A DNA stretch of 64,000 nucleotides. It comes from Callorhinchus milii (lineage: Eukaryota). The stretch covers positions 15,688,001-15,752,000 of the forward strand of contig NW_024704743.1 in the NCBI RefSeq assembly GCF_018977255.1, written 5' to 3'. Position numbers and translations under genes: made by a program. Shown in pieces: positions 10,576 to 22,770 of the stretch; within the stretch, counting starts at the first letter, position 1; each line of letters begins with the position of its first letter. The notes under the pieces were generated by a model. The model made no database searches. It had not been told where the DNA came from and was given only the letters and a program-made list of their open reading frames with translations.

Positions 10576-11862
10576 CCGGTCCTCTTACATGTCACAAATA
10601 GTTCGCTCAAATTAGTTGATGGGCAATCTCAGGAACGAGTGGTGAATGTTCCACTCAGTCACACCATCTTAAAACATCCTTAGAATAATCAGACTTAAAG
10701 ATTTCTGATGCCATTTATGACCACGGAAAATTGCCTTTCTGAGGAACAAAAACGGCTTTTCCGAGCTTATTCAGGTAACATGGGCCTAAGTAAATCAGAA
10801 TTGGAGAATTATCCAGTCATTAAGTCCACAGAATATTTTCAACACTCAAAAATCACTCCTGTTAAATGGTAATCCAAGATAGTGGGTTAGAGCAAGCATT
10901 TATTCAGAATTCAGGCTTCTAAATGGGCAAGGTGGGGCAAGATAATGATTTTCTATTTTAGTATGCTCATGACACGCACAGTCACTCCACTTTGCAGTAC
11001 ATCCTGTGAGGCGCTTTGAGGCATCCTCCTGATGTGAAAGGCGCTATATTGAATGTAAGGATAATTATGATTATGAAGCCATCTTCACTGATCTATCCAG
11101 GAACTGGTTCAGGTATGTGATATCGGAAGTTAATTTGCGATATCTCTTAATAGCGTCTTTATTCGGGAATTCTATTTGAATTCCTGAACACCTATAGGAA
11201 CACCACTCTGTAAGTAGATCGCATGAGAGCGGAGTTCTCGTAAGATGAAATGACGTATTTCCAGTTGCCATTAGGAGCCCCTCCCCACCCCCCCACACTT
11301 GTGTGCCTCGGATTCCCTATTGGGGAACCCCATAAAGAAATGCAACAAATTAAACTCCTTTGGTAGCACAGTATTCAGAAAGAAGGCTTAAGCAGCAGCA
11401 TAAAGCACGTCTTATTTGTGAAGCTGGTGGTTTGCTTGGAAGCAGAAAGACGTTAAAATATAAGACATTACAAAACCTCATTTGAACTGCAGGATAATTA
11501 AGCGACTTAGTCCAAGCAGGTAATTGAACACGGGTTTTTGAATCCTTTACAATCTAAAGATCAATATTTAAATTTTTNGTCTTTACACAAAGCCTTTTTT
11601 TCCATTTTACTTCCCTGCATACGGCAGTGCTTTCCAAGTTCTCATACAGGCTTCACCTCATACTGAGGCAGGACATTCATTCTTTGGCTGGAACGTAATG
11701 TGTTAAGGTCTATGAAAAGAGGCCATTGTTAGTTATATCTATCTAGACTTTCCCTTTGATCGCATTACTGTAAATACTGCACGTCAGCCACTGAGGTTTC
11801 AGCTTTCCTGCAATGTGTTGCCACAATACCAAGAACTATTACCTTATGAATATGTTTGCCCA

Positions 11863-12267
11863 GGTTCTCCTTAGAGCGGAGAAGGTTGAGGGAAGATTTA
11901 ATAGAGATATTCAAAATTATGAGGGGTTTTGATAGAGTAAATAAAGAGAAACTGTTTCCAGTGGGTCAGTAACCAGAGGGACACAGATTTAAGATAATTG
12001 GCAAACGAACCAAAGGGGAGACTAGGAGACATTTATTTACGTAGTGAGTTGTTACGATCTGGAATGCATTGCCTGAAAGGTTAGTGCAAGAGGATTCAAT
12101 AATAACTTTCAAAAGTGAATTGGATACATACTTGACAAGGAAAACTTTGCAAGGCTATGGGGAAAGAACGGTGGAGTGGGCCTAATTGTGTAGCTCTTTC
12201 AAAGAGCCGGCAGAGGCACAATTCGCTGAATGGCCTCCTTCTGTGCAGTAAGATTCTATGATTCTAT
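11863..12267 (+). mobile_element. CR1 LINE 3' end with ATTCTATG repeat tail
   Basis: FSLERRRLREDLIEIFKIMRG motif; 3' UTR GCTGAATGGCCTCCTTCTGTGC; terminal GATTCTATGATTCTAT. Confidence 0.92.
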
Positions 12268-13214
12268 AATTCAAAGTTGAGTGACTTTTGGCAGTCTTTG
12301 CTGCATTTAGGTTTGAGCAAAATCCATTTGTCTGTAATGCAGATCGCTTCACATCTATTCGTCAGATAACCCATGTTCCTTTATAGCACTGGGTTCCAAA
12401 TCCTAGCTGTAAAACCAGGAAAATTTCATGCAAAAAATATTTAATTGTCTACATTATAACCAACGACCCAATGTTTTCCCCTTGCGCACTTTCTAATTGG
12501 CAGCTAGATTGAGAATTTGTTCATTTATTCAGATACAGGTACAGTGTAGGGCTAGAAAAAGTGTCAGAAGAAAGTCAGTGGTCAGAGGGAGAGATAGAGA
12601 AAGAGAGAGCGCCCCCCCCCCCCCCCCCACCACACACACACAGAAAGGGTGTCTGAGAAAGTCAGAGAAGACACAAACATATACACACAAAGATAGAGAA
12701 ACTGGCGTTGTGTGAGGGATGGAGAGAAATAGGGAGCAAGAGCACTGTAGGGGGCAAGATCTAGAAGACTGGCACAGTGTGGGAATTTAAAGATAGTGTA
12801 ACTGCTAATGGAAAAGGCCAACATCGTTAATTATCGACATGGCAGAATTTTCAACGATGTGTTAATAAACACATACAGATCTCAATTTCACCCGTATTAT
12901 CATTAGTCAAAATTAATGGGAAAAAATCCAGGTTAAAGGCACATTAATCTAAGTTTTTGAGCCATCATTTGACTCAGCTCAATCTCGATAGACCACTGAA
13001 GCACTTAGCATGTTTTCACAACACATGCTTTCTATAGCTGAGACAGATGACTTGTAATACTTTCTGTTTCACTGCTACGGTGGAATAGAATGGAATTCAG
13101 CTTTTCATCTAACACCGTACCTTTAACTGTAACCTTCAAGTTTTAACTAATCTTTTATGTATACAGAGAGAGAGAGAAAGTAGTTGTTTTCTTCATCGAT
13201 CAGGTTGCCTCCTC

Positions 13215-13660
13215 CAAAGCTTTTCCCTTTTTCCATTGACCCCTGGTACTCCATTCAAGTGCCCACTATTCATGTGTGAGCTCTGTTCGTGAGTGTTACT
13301 AAGCTATTCAACTGCGTGGAAGGGAAGCATTGGCAGTGTGGAATTGCAGGTGATCATTACAATTTTGTCCACCACATATATGCAGTTAATTCACTTTGCA
13401 GTATATTCTGTGAATCGCTTTGAGACGTCTCAACGACGTGATAAGGCGCTGAATCAAATGCAAGGTTTATTATAGATTAGCTCAATCCTGTTGTCACTCA
13501 ATGCTGATGCACCTGTGCACCTTTCAGGAGAGATCCCGGGATAGTGATTAGAGTTGGAGTCTTGACTGATTTTCCCCTCACTTATTTAGTGCTCCAACTG
13601 TTGTCTTGGGAGACATCCACCAACTCAGCACAAATCAGGACTCAAACCTGTGATTCTCTA
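13215..13660 (-). mobile_element. Ancient tRNA-headed SINE (AmnSINE2-like by recall), interrupted by a + strand SINE 3' fragment at ~13345-13475
   Basis: Reverse complement: B box AGGTTTGAGTCCTG, then TGTGCTGAGTT...GAGGGGAAAATCAGTCAAG...GCTCACACATGAATAGTGGGCACTTG. Confidence 0.5.
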
Positions 13661-14364
13661 CCCATCTCTATCTGACAAGCTACAAATCCTTCACGTTCAA
13701 AATAGAAATAACTTGGGAATGATATTTTGAAGCACCACATCATGTGGAGTCCTGCAGCTTAGTGGTTAGAGCACTCACACGTAATATACTTTACAGTATA
13801 TTCTGTGAAGCGCTTTGAGACACCTCAAAGATGTGATAAGGCGCTATATCAAAAGCAAGGATTACTATTATTTATTTAAACTATTTCAATGAGGAGTTAT
13901 GCCTTATAATGACAGGGGTAATGTCTTAAGGGTTATGCCTTATAATGACAAGATTTACATGAGGTCCACAAAGGAAACCTTCTTACTCAAGAATTATGCA
14001 ACACAAGGATATGTTTAGTCATTATACATATACATATACACAAGGATACAGTAGTCATTATTCTGTGAGACGCTCATATTTTGTGGCTGGGGAATATTTC
14101 ACCCTGATCATTTAACAAGAACAGTGATTTGTCACATACCAGAAACCCAGCTCTGGGCTTTAATCACAATTTCAATTTATTTCTTATGTGGGGATAGGCA
14201 ACAGAATCTGACGTGATGAATCTGACAAGGATGAGGATGGAGCTGGAGTGAATGGACAAAGCATCTTCCTGAGACCAATATTATCAGCTTGTATCTGAGC
14301 TGCCACCATCAGACAAGAGCTACCTCCTATAAAACTGGATTTTTCGCAGTCCATTTAGAAACAC

Positions 14365-15132
14365 TTTTTTTCAAATAGCACCATGTGATCTTTAACATCC
14401 ACCTTAAAAGGCAGATGGAACCTACAACAACAAAATTACATTTGTATACGCCTTTCATTTCGGGAGGATGTCCCAAGGCAGTTACGGACCCGAGATGAGG
14501 GTCGGGGTGGGTGGGGGGGGGAAAGCAGTGGGGGGAAAGCAAGGAGATCGAAAGCACGGTCAAAGAGGAGGGTCTTGAGGTGGGTCTTGAAGGTGGCAAG
14601 GGAGGGTGCGAGACAGAGGGACTGCGGGATGGAGATCTACAGGGTGGGTGCAGAGTGGCGGAAGGCCCACCAGCCGATAGTGGGGTGAGCAAGGCGGGGA
14701 ACATGAAGCAGGCCAGAGCCCGCTGAGCGGAGGTAGTGAACAGGGTGGTAGGGGGTTAGGAGGTCGGAGGGGTATGGGGGAGCAAGTCCTTGGAGGGCTT
14801 TGAAGGTGAGGACCAGGATCTTGAACTGTATCCTCTGTGTGATGGGAAGCCAGTGGAGTTGGGCAAGGATGGGGTGATAGGGTCGTGGAGCCTAGTACGG
14901 GAGAGTACACAGGCTGCAGAGTTCTGGATGATCTGCAGTCTGTGGAGGGAGGAGTTGGGGAGGCTGACAAGCCTAAGTTTAACATCTCATCCAAAAGACA
15001 GCAGCTCTGACAATGTAATTCTCCTCCAGTACTGTATTGAAATGTCTGCATAGACTGAGTTCAAAGTCCCATGGAGTTGAACCCACAACCTTCGGACTCA
15101 GAAGTGAGAGTGCCACCACCTGAGCCAGGTTG
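14365..15132 (-). mobile_element. Deu-domain SINE family B split by an L2 insertion (14425-14971)
   Basis: Deu core on both sides of the L2; 4-bp duplication CCTA at 14421-14424 and 14972-14975; tRNA-like head at ~15070-15132. Confidence 0.82.
14425..14971 (-). mobile_element. L2 3' portion, 5'-truncated
   Basis: (CAA)n tail and stem-loop; C-terminal ORF2 sequence matching the 7676 and 60576 copies. Confidence 0.9.
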
Positions 15133-15174
15133 ACACATTTGGAATCAAGGCCGCACTAAAACATGTAAAGGGGA

Positions 15175-15650
15175 TTTTTTTTGTGTCAGCTGGGTGTCTG
15201 ACGTGTGGAAACCCATCACCATGTTTAAGAGTATCCAAAACAAACTGAGATTTCCACGCATCCCATCTACACAGGGAAATTTTAGAGATAGATTATTGGA
15301 ATAGAATGAGCACTCTCTTCCTGGAGGAACACTTCCAACTTACTTAATTCCGGAAAGTATTAGATATTTCTTCAAGAGCAAGAGCCAAGGCATGAAGAGC
15401 CCAGAGTGTGAGTTGGGGTACTGCTGGAACTTAACCAGCTAAAACTGCATAGCTTGCCATTGATATTGCTGTCTGGTAAGGTTTTCTGCTATTTGTCCAG
15501 CTAGGACCAGCCTACCAGTTAGGGCTTTGACTTGCAGGGTTAACAGGAGCTGAGTGGGATGGCTCCCTGCCCCCAGGGACTGGTCTTCCCTTCCATGTCC
15601 TGTCAATGAGCCAGGCTGTGCTGTCATCAGCAGTGCCCTGAAGTATACAA
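15175..15650 (-). repeat. Unclassified interspersed repeat family X
   Basis: Alignable by eye to 17330, 44292 and 58150; A-rich 3' end at 15175. Confidence 0.7.
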
Positions 15651-16699
15651 AGTCATATTGCATTAAAATTAAGGTGGTATTGAATGAATAAGGTGGTAAA
15701 AATCCACAGGGTTGCCATAAGTGACCTTCCAATAGTGGCAAAGACAAAAGTGGAACATCATTTTAAAAATATCTGCAGCAATAAAGTCATATTGTGTAGA
15801 AAGACCTTTGGCCCAAGCGTTACCAGCTACTCCACAAGACTGACAGAGTAGCTGTATAATGTGAAATGTGAAATACTCTTTTACATGTCATCTCCCTGTT
15901 CAGTCCAAGTAGTTTTAAAGCTCATACATCTGTCTTAAGTATGTTTCTGAAATCATATTGCATGCTTTTCAGGGGAGGGTACGTGTCTGTTTGTAAAGTC
16001 ATTCATTCCTGTTTATAATGTCCCTATACCTATTATTGGAAACACACAAATTATTCTGTGACTTACTGGAATCTCCCAAAATGATGCTGCTTTTCCAGGC
16101 AATGTTTATTCCAAGCTAATGATCAAACTACTGAATGCCCATCATAACTAAACAGATGAGTCACCTTATTCAGCTCCATCGTATGTATCCCTAAGGCTAT
16201 AACTATCTCAGGGGTAGTGGGAAAATAAAAGGATGTCGGAAGCTCAGGCAAAGGGAAAACAGTGTCAGTCACTGAAGAGATGTCATCAACTGAGCAAACA
16301 GCTGCTAAACAGTAGAGACTACCTCACCAGCTCACGCATACTGAACAGTGTGCCAGTCAAAACAGAGAGTCCAAAGCAATACACTAGAGGTTCAAGCTGT
16401 ACACATACTCTCGTTGCATCTACAATGTTGAAGGAGCTAAAAGTGTTAGGTATCAAAATTATTTATAGTGACAGTGTATTTTTAGACAAACATTACAGCC
16501 AATTTGTGCACAACTAGGTCCATCTCAAGACTCTTTGACCATGCCTTCAGCAATCTTCCCCAAACCTTTTTGGTCCCAACCCACTTGAATACAACCCCCA
16601 GCCCGGGTACAAACCCTCAATTGTCCAAGACCTTAGTATAGCCTCCCAAAGTGAAAGGTTGTTTGTGGGACACTGCTGTTTGCAATTTATTGTTGTCAT

Positions 16700-17110
16700 C
16701 CCTTTCATGTTGGAAGGGGAGAGCTGAGGTGGGGAGGGAGAAAGGAGCCAAAAGACTGGTTCAGATAAATCTTAAGGTGGGGTTTGAAGACAGGGAGGAA
16801 GGGGTAAGGCAGGTACACTCCAGGATGGCAGTGGTGGTAGAATGGCTGAAGACTCACCAACCAATGATGGGCCTGGGAGGGAGAGGTGCTTGCTGAGCAG
16901 AGGGAGCGTATGGGGCAGTAGAGTCACAATGGGTCACAGAGGTAGGATGGGGGAGCCAATAAAGGAATTTTAGCGTGAGGACAGGAATCATGCAATTGAT
17001 CCACTGGGAAAAGGATAGGCAGTAAAGTTGTCTGAGGATGGTGTCTGGCAAGCATAGCGTTCAAATAACGAGCTTGGAGGAGATGAAGATGGTTTCAGCA
17101 TTAATAACTT
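16700..17110 (-). mobile_element. Old L2 3' fragment
   Basis: Degenerate IPVLTLKFL and PIIG motifs and G-rich pattern shared with the other L2 copies. Confidence 0.55.
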
Positions 17111-17329
17111 TGGGGAATTGAGAGATAGCAGAGTGAGTGAGAGCCCGAATATAAAGTTTGAAAGGTATTTGATAGTCAAACAAGATACCAAAGTATCCAC
17201 CGCCTCCATGAGGTAGAGTGAGCACCTATGCAGATCAATGCAGTCAATGACTGACTTTAACTTTGGTCCTATTCTGCTCTCTGTGACTAGCAATGGAATA
17301 TTGGAATTGAGTCAACCCTCTGTGGTGGT

Positions 17330-17792
17330 CTCGGTAGTCTGGTTCCTGAGCAGCATGGTCCAGAGTCTCCAAGACACTGCCGATGACAGACCAGCCAGTC
17401 TGGCTCATCGGCAGGACTTAGAGGGTTAGACCAGTCATTGGGAGCAGGGAATCATCCCACTCAACTCCTGTTCACTAGCTGTTCCCAGCTGGACAAGCTG
17501 CGGGAAACCTTGCCAAACAGTGCTCTCAATGGCAAGCAATGCAGTTTTAGCAAGTTAGACTCCAGCAGTATTCCAACATTGGAGTCCTTGGCTCTCCCCA
17601 ATACTCTCCAGAATTAGATAAGCAAGAGTGCAAACCTCCAGGAAGAAAGCATGCAGTCCAATCCAGACATGGGGAAATTTCCATGTGTAGGTGGTGTAAA
17701 TGTGGAGAACTCTGGAGTCTGGTTTGGGAACTCTTAAGCATGGGCTGGGATTCTGCATGGTGATGGGATTACGCAAGTGTCAGAAACCTGGG
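17330..17792 (+). repeat. Unclassified interspersed repeat family X
   Basis: Shared blocks CCAGCCAGTCTGGCTC, CCCACTCAACTCCTGTT, CAATGGCAAGCAATGCAGTTTTAGC and CTCTTAAGCATG. Confidence 0.7.
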
Positions 17793-19769
17793 CAGAATAA
17801 TAGAGTGCACTGCTGTGCAGAACTCAGCAGTATTACCTGCACAAACATCCATATGGCGTGTACATATTTTTGAATTGGCACATTCAAGCAGATACTTAAA
17901 CAGATTTCAGTCATACTAGCTGCACTCTAGGTCAAGATTAAGATTTGATCTGTGAGATTTGTAGCTCCAGTGCAACTTCTACGTAGCAAATAATTTGCAC
18001 TGCTATTGAAGTGATATAACTGCATAGATATAGTTGCTTCTCTGCCAGCAATTAGCCATCCTCAGCAGGTTCCCAGTGTTAGGAGTAGTCACTGGTATTT
18101 AGTCATTGAGGAGTATCATTGTTTCGCCAAACGTTATTGCCACAATCCCTCCAAGCAGCAGCTAAGGACATATTCAGAGCTCCACAAATCAGTCATTTAC
18201 ATTAAAGAGAATATTATAAAGTAATGCCTGAAAGGTTCTTGGGTTTTTTGAATGAGCTAATGGAGATTTTTTTTGAAGAGATCATTGCTGACTGGAACCC
18301 AAGCTGATTTATACCGCCTGAATTTACCGTGTGTGGCTTGAACCCTTGTTTATCCTTGGTGTGCTTTCAGCAGGCGAGCTCCATTGCAATTTCCCTTGCA
18401 AGTCACACTATCATGTCCCAATTTATACTGTGCTGAGCACACACCAGGCACAAGAGACACATGAACTATTTTTACTCAAAATAAACATATCACTGCATTC
18501 TTAGTGTGGTGTGTACAGTGTAAGCATTAACGCATTGATTGTGCTTAGAATAATAATCCTTGCATTTGATATAGCGCCTTATCACATCATTGAGACATCT
18601 CAAAGCAGTTCACGGACTACATTGTAAAGTAGATTGACTGTGTATTTTGTGGGCAAAACAACCCATACCCAGGATCGTGGCCTAATCAATGATATCAACT
18701 GGTTTACGGCTCACTGGAGCAGTTTACTTAATGACAGAAGAAAACAGCCCATTTTTAACAATAATAAATAAGGTACAACATCAGGATTTTGACCTTTAAA
18801 ACAATGGAGTTTCATCAAGGGAACTGTGGTTGTCAGAATTTATGGAGTCAGCCTTGATTCACTGAGATTTCCAATTAAGTAAAGCATTGGCTTACACTGA
18901 GCACTCCTCTGACATCGAGCTTCCCCCATCGCTGATTTCGTTTTTGTATTTCATCTGTAAAGGGGTTTCATTTGTGGTATTTCTAAACAGTTTTACTTAA
19001 TAATAAATTCTGTGAGAATTCCCAACAACTCAGGGAATTCCACTCAGAGTAGATCAGGGTAGAGCAGAGATCCAGGTGATGGAGGTCAGCTGACAAACAT
19101 CCAATATTTGGAAGGATCTCCCATTTGCCTGGTATGGATTCCTTACCCCTGTGGGTAAGGAAGCATTGAACAGAATTGAAAACTTGAGATGTTCCTACTT
19201 GGACCATGTTGCATTTCTGTGGCCCTGTCGATATGCTCAGTGTAGTTTCATGTTACATATTATCCAGCAGATACACAGTGGAGAAGTTTTCATCCACAGT
19301 TCTCTTTTCACGTCAGCACCATTCTGGGTTCCTCTAAATTACCTGGACTACTTTTCAATGAGTGATAGCTATTAGACAGCAATGTTTCACCCACAAAATA
19401 TACATTCAATTCACTTTACAATATGTTCTGTGACGTTCTGTGACGTGATAAGGAGCTACATCAAATGTAAGGAGTATTATTATTATAGACAGTGACTTTC
19501 CAGAGCATCACTTGTGATTTGTCAATCCTCTCAATCCTGGCCCTTACAAGCTCAGCATCTCAAATGTTCTCATGTAACAGTCCATACAGCTCAAACCATG
19601 GGCTTACATGGCAGGTCACAGGAGCAACTTCTAATGAACCATCTACCACCTTACTGCCCTTCCAGTGCCTGTCATGACTCACAAGTGCCATTAACTCACC
19701 ATCACTTCACCAAACCCACACTGCTCAGTATGAATGCTGTTTGGCAAGTGCTTCAGAGGATGGAGGAAC

Positions 19770-21925
19770 GTGTACAGTGGATAGAGGATGGTAAGGATGG
19801 TGATTGGTGGTTGGTGGTTGGTGAGGAACATTGCAAGTGGATGATGAGGTGGTTGATAGTGAATGGTGAGGATGGAAGGTGATGGTGGATGGTGAGAGTG
19901 GTTGATGGTGAGGAGAATGGATGATGCTGGTGGTGGATGGTGAGGAGGGTGAATGGTGAGGGGGATGGAATGGTGGATGGTGAGGAAGGTGGATGGAGAG
20001 GGTGGTGGTTGGTGAAGCTGGTAGATGGTGAGGCTGGTGGATGGTGAACTTGGCGGACGGTGAGGGTGGTGTATGGTGGATGGTGAGGATAGTGGATGAT
20101 GATGGTGATGGATGCTGAGTTTGGTGGATGGTGAGCATCGTGGATGATGAGGATGGTGCTTGGTGAGGATGGTGGATAGTGAGGATGGTGGTGAATGGTG
20201 AGATTGGTGGATGGTGAGGATGCTGAATGGTGATGGTGGGGATAGTTGATAGTGAGGACCGTGGATGGTGAAGATAGTGGATGTTGAGGATAGTGGATGT
20301 TGAGGATGGTGATTGTAGTGGATAGTGAGGATGGTGAGTGTGGTGGATGGTGAGCATAGGAGACGGTGGTGGATAGTGAGGATGGTGAGAGTGGTGGATG
20401 GCGAAGATGGTGGATGGTGAGTGTGGTGGATCATGGGGATAGTGGATGTTGAGGATGATGGATGGTGAGGATGGTGGATGTTGAGAATAGTGGATAGTGA
20501 GGATAGTGGATGATGAGATTGGTGGAAGGTGAATGTGATGGATGGTGATGATAGGATGGTGGTTAGTGGATGATGGATGGTGAGAATAGTCGATGGTGAG
20601 GGTGGTGGATGGTGAGAACGGTGGATGGTGAGGATGGGGAGGATAGGGAATGGTGATCAGTGGATGGCGATCAATGAATGTGAGGATAGTGGATGGTGAG
20701 GATAGTGAAGAGTGAGGGTAGTGAATGGTGAGGATAGTGGACAGTGAGGGTGGTGGATGGTGAGGTTAGTGGATGATGAGAATAGTGGATACAAATGTAA
20801 TTTTGTTGTTGGTGGTGGTGGTCAGTGGATGGTGAGTATAGTGGATGGTGAGAGAGGTGGATTATGAGGATAATGGATGTTGAGGGTGGTGTAAAGTGAG
20901 GGTGGTGGATAGTGAGGATGGTGAGGGTAGTGGATTGTGGGGATAATGGATGGTGAGGACAGTGGATGGTGAGAGTGGTGGATGGTGAGGATGGTAGATG
21001 GTGAGGATACTGGATGGTGAGGAAGGTGGATGGTGATGATCGTGGATGTGAGAATGGTGGATGGTGAGGATGGTGGATGGTGAGGTTGGTTAGAATGGTT
21101 GTCAGTGGATGATGGATGGTGAGAATAGTCGATGCTGAGGATGGTGGATGTTGAGGATGGTGAGGATGGTGGTCAGTGGATGATGGATGGTGAGAATTGT
21201 GGATGGTGAGGGTGGTGGATGGTGAGGATAATGGATAATGAGGATGGTGGATCGTGAGATTGTGGATGGTCAGGGTGGTGGATGTTTAGGATGGTTGATT
21301 GTGAGGATAGTGGATGGTGAGGAGCGTTAGGATGCTGGTCAGTGGATGATGGATGGTGAGAATAGTCGATGGTGAGGATGGTGGATGGTGAGGATAGTGC
21401 GGGTGGTGAATGGTGAGGATGGTGGATGGTGAGGATGGTGGGTAGTCAGAATGGTGAGGGTGGTGGGTGGTGACGATAGTGGATGGTGAGGATGGTGGAT
21501 GTTGAGGATGGTGGATGGTGAGGATAGTGGATGGTTAAGATAGTAGATGGTGGCCAGGCGATTGTGAGGATAGTGGATAATGAGGATGGTGAATGGTGTG
21601 GGTGGTGGATGGTAAGGACAGTGGATGGTGAGGATAATGGTTGGTGGTCAGTGGATAGTGAGGATAGTGGATTGTGAGGATGGTGGATCTTAAGGATGTT
21701 GGATCATGATAGTGGATGGTAAGGATGGTGGATGGGGAGGATGGTGAATGTTAAGGATGGTGATAGTGGATGGTGGGGATGGTGGATGGGGAGGATGGTG
21801 AATGTTAAGGATGGTGATGGTGATAGTGGATGGTGGGGATGGTGGATGGGGAGAATGGTGGTCATTGCATGGTGAGGATGGTGGATGGCGAGGATGGTGA
21901 AGATAATGGATGCTGAAGATAGGTA
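19770..21925. repeat. Degenerate minisatellite built from GGATGGTGA and GGATRGT units (~16-bp composite period)
   Basis: About 2.15 kb of GGATGGTGAGGATRGT variants; source of the His/Pro-rich minus-strand ORFs. Confidence 0.95.
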
Positions 21926-22460
21926 ATATTGAGCTGTTTGAAGTCACGCTTCAGTACTATTTTCCTTTTCTCAAACACACTTCAAATGTGGCAAACCTTA
22001 GATGTTTTCTTGAATTTTGTCTTGTTAAATAAATCTAACCAGAGAATTTCATAGCATTAGTATACAAAATTAGTATAAGAATTAACATATGAAATTCAGG
22101 TTTAGTCAGCTTCCTGCATGAAAGAAACACTCGTAATGGAAAAGAGGAATAAGAATCATCCCAACTATAAATAGGGTGAACTTTATAGAACGATTTGAGA
22201 AATTTAAGCTTCACATTGTTGAAAGATGATGATAAAGGAATTATATATATAATATTTAATGGAACAAGAAAGCCTAACAAGACATAGACTTACTTCAAAC
22301 TAAGCCAAAATTATAGGACTAGAGCATAATTTTGGTTCAAAATAATTTTTAGAAAAAATGTTGGTCCTTTAATCAGCGTAATAATTGTTTGGAAAAATTT
22401 ACCAAGTGAGGTAACTGAGTCACAAACATTACAGCCATTTCAATTTTCAATTATATGATG

Positions 22461-22770
22461 TTCCCGGCAAGACGAAATGTTGGGCAAGTTTCCTTACTCT
22501 CCACGTGCCTCTGCTTACCTAGCAGCAAGTAAGAACCCGGTTGTTAGGCGATTGGCAAATCGCTTTCACCGGGGTAAAATAATAATTTGGTCACTCAATC
22601 CACGACTATTTGTAGGGCACTGCTGTGAGTCATTGGCTGCCGCGTTTCACCCACAACATATACAGTCAATTCACTTTACAGTATATTCTGTGAAGCGCTT
22701 TGAGTCGTCTCGAAGACGTGATAAGGGGCTGTATCAAAGGCAATGGTTATTATTATTATTATTATTATTA
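22461..22770 (+). mobile_element. SINE family A, head mostly missing
   Basis: TTCCCGGC..GGGCAAGTTTCCTTACTCCACGTGCCTCTG through the tail with an expanded (TTA)n. Confidence 0.9.

Noticed and set aside
11578..11578. Single N base
   Set aside because: Assembly ambiguity, not a biological feature.
13896..13950. 19-bp direct repeat GTTATGCCTTATAATGACA
   Set aside because: Small local duplication in decayed repeat-like sequence, with no sign of function.
19691..20434. His/Pro/Thr-rich minus-strand ORFs
   Set aside because: Translations of the GGATGGTGA satellite, open in several frames, with no gene structure.
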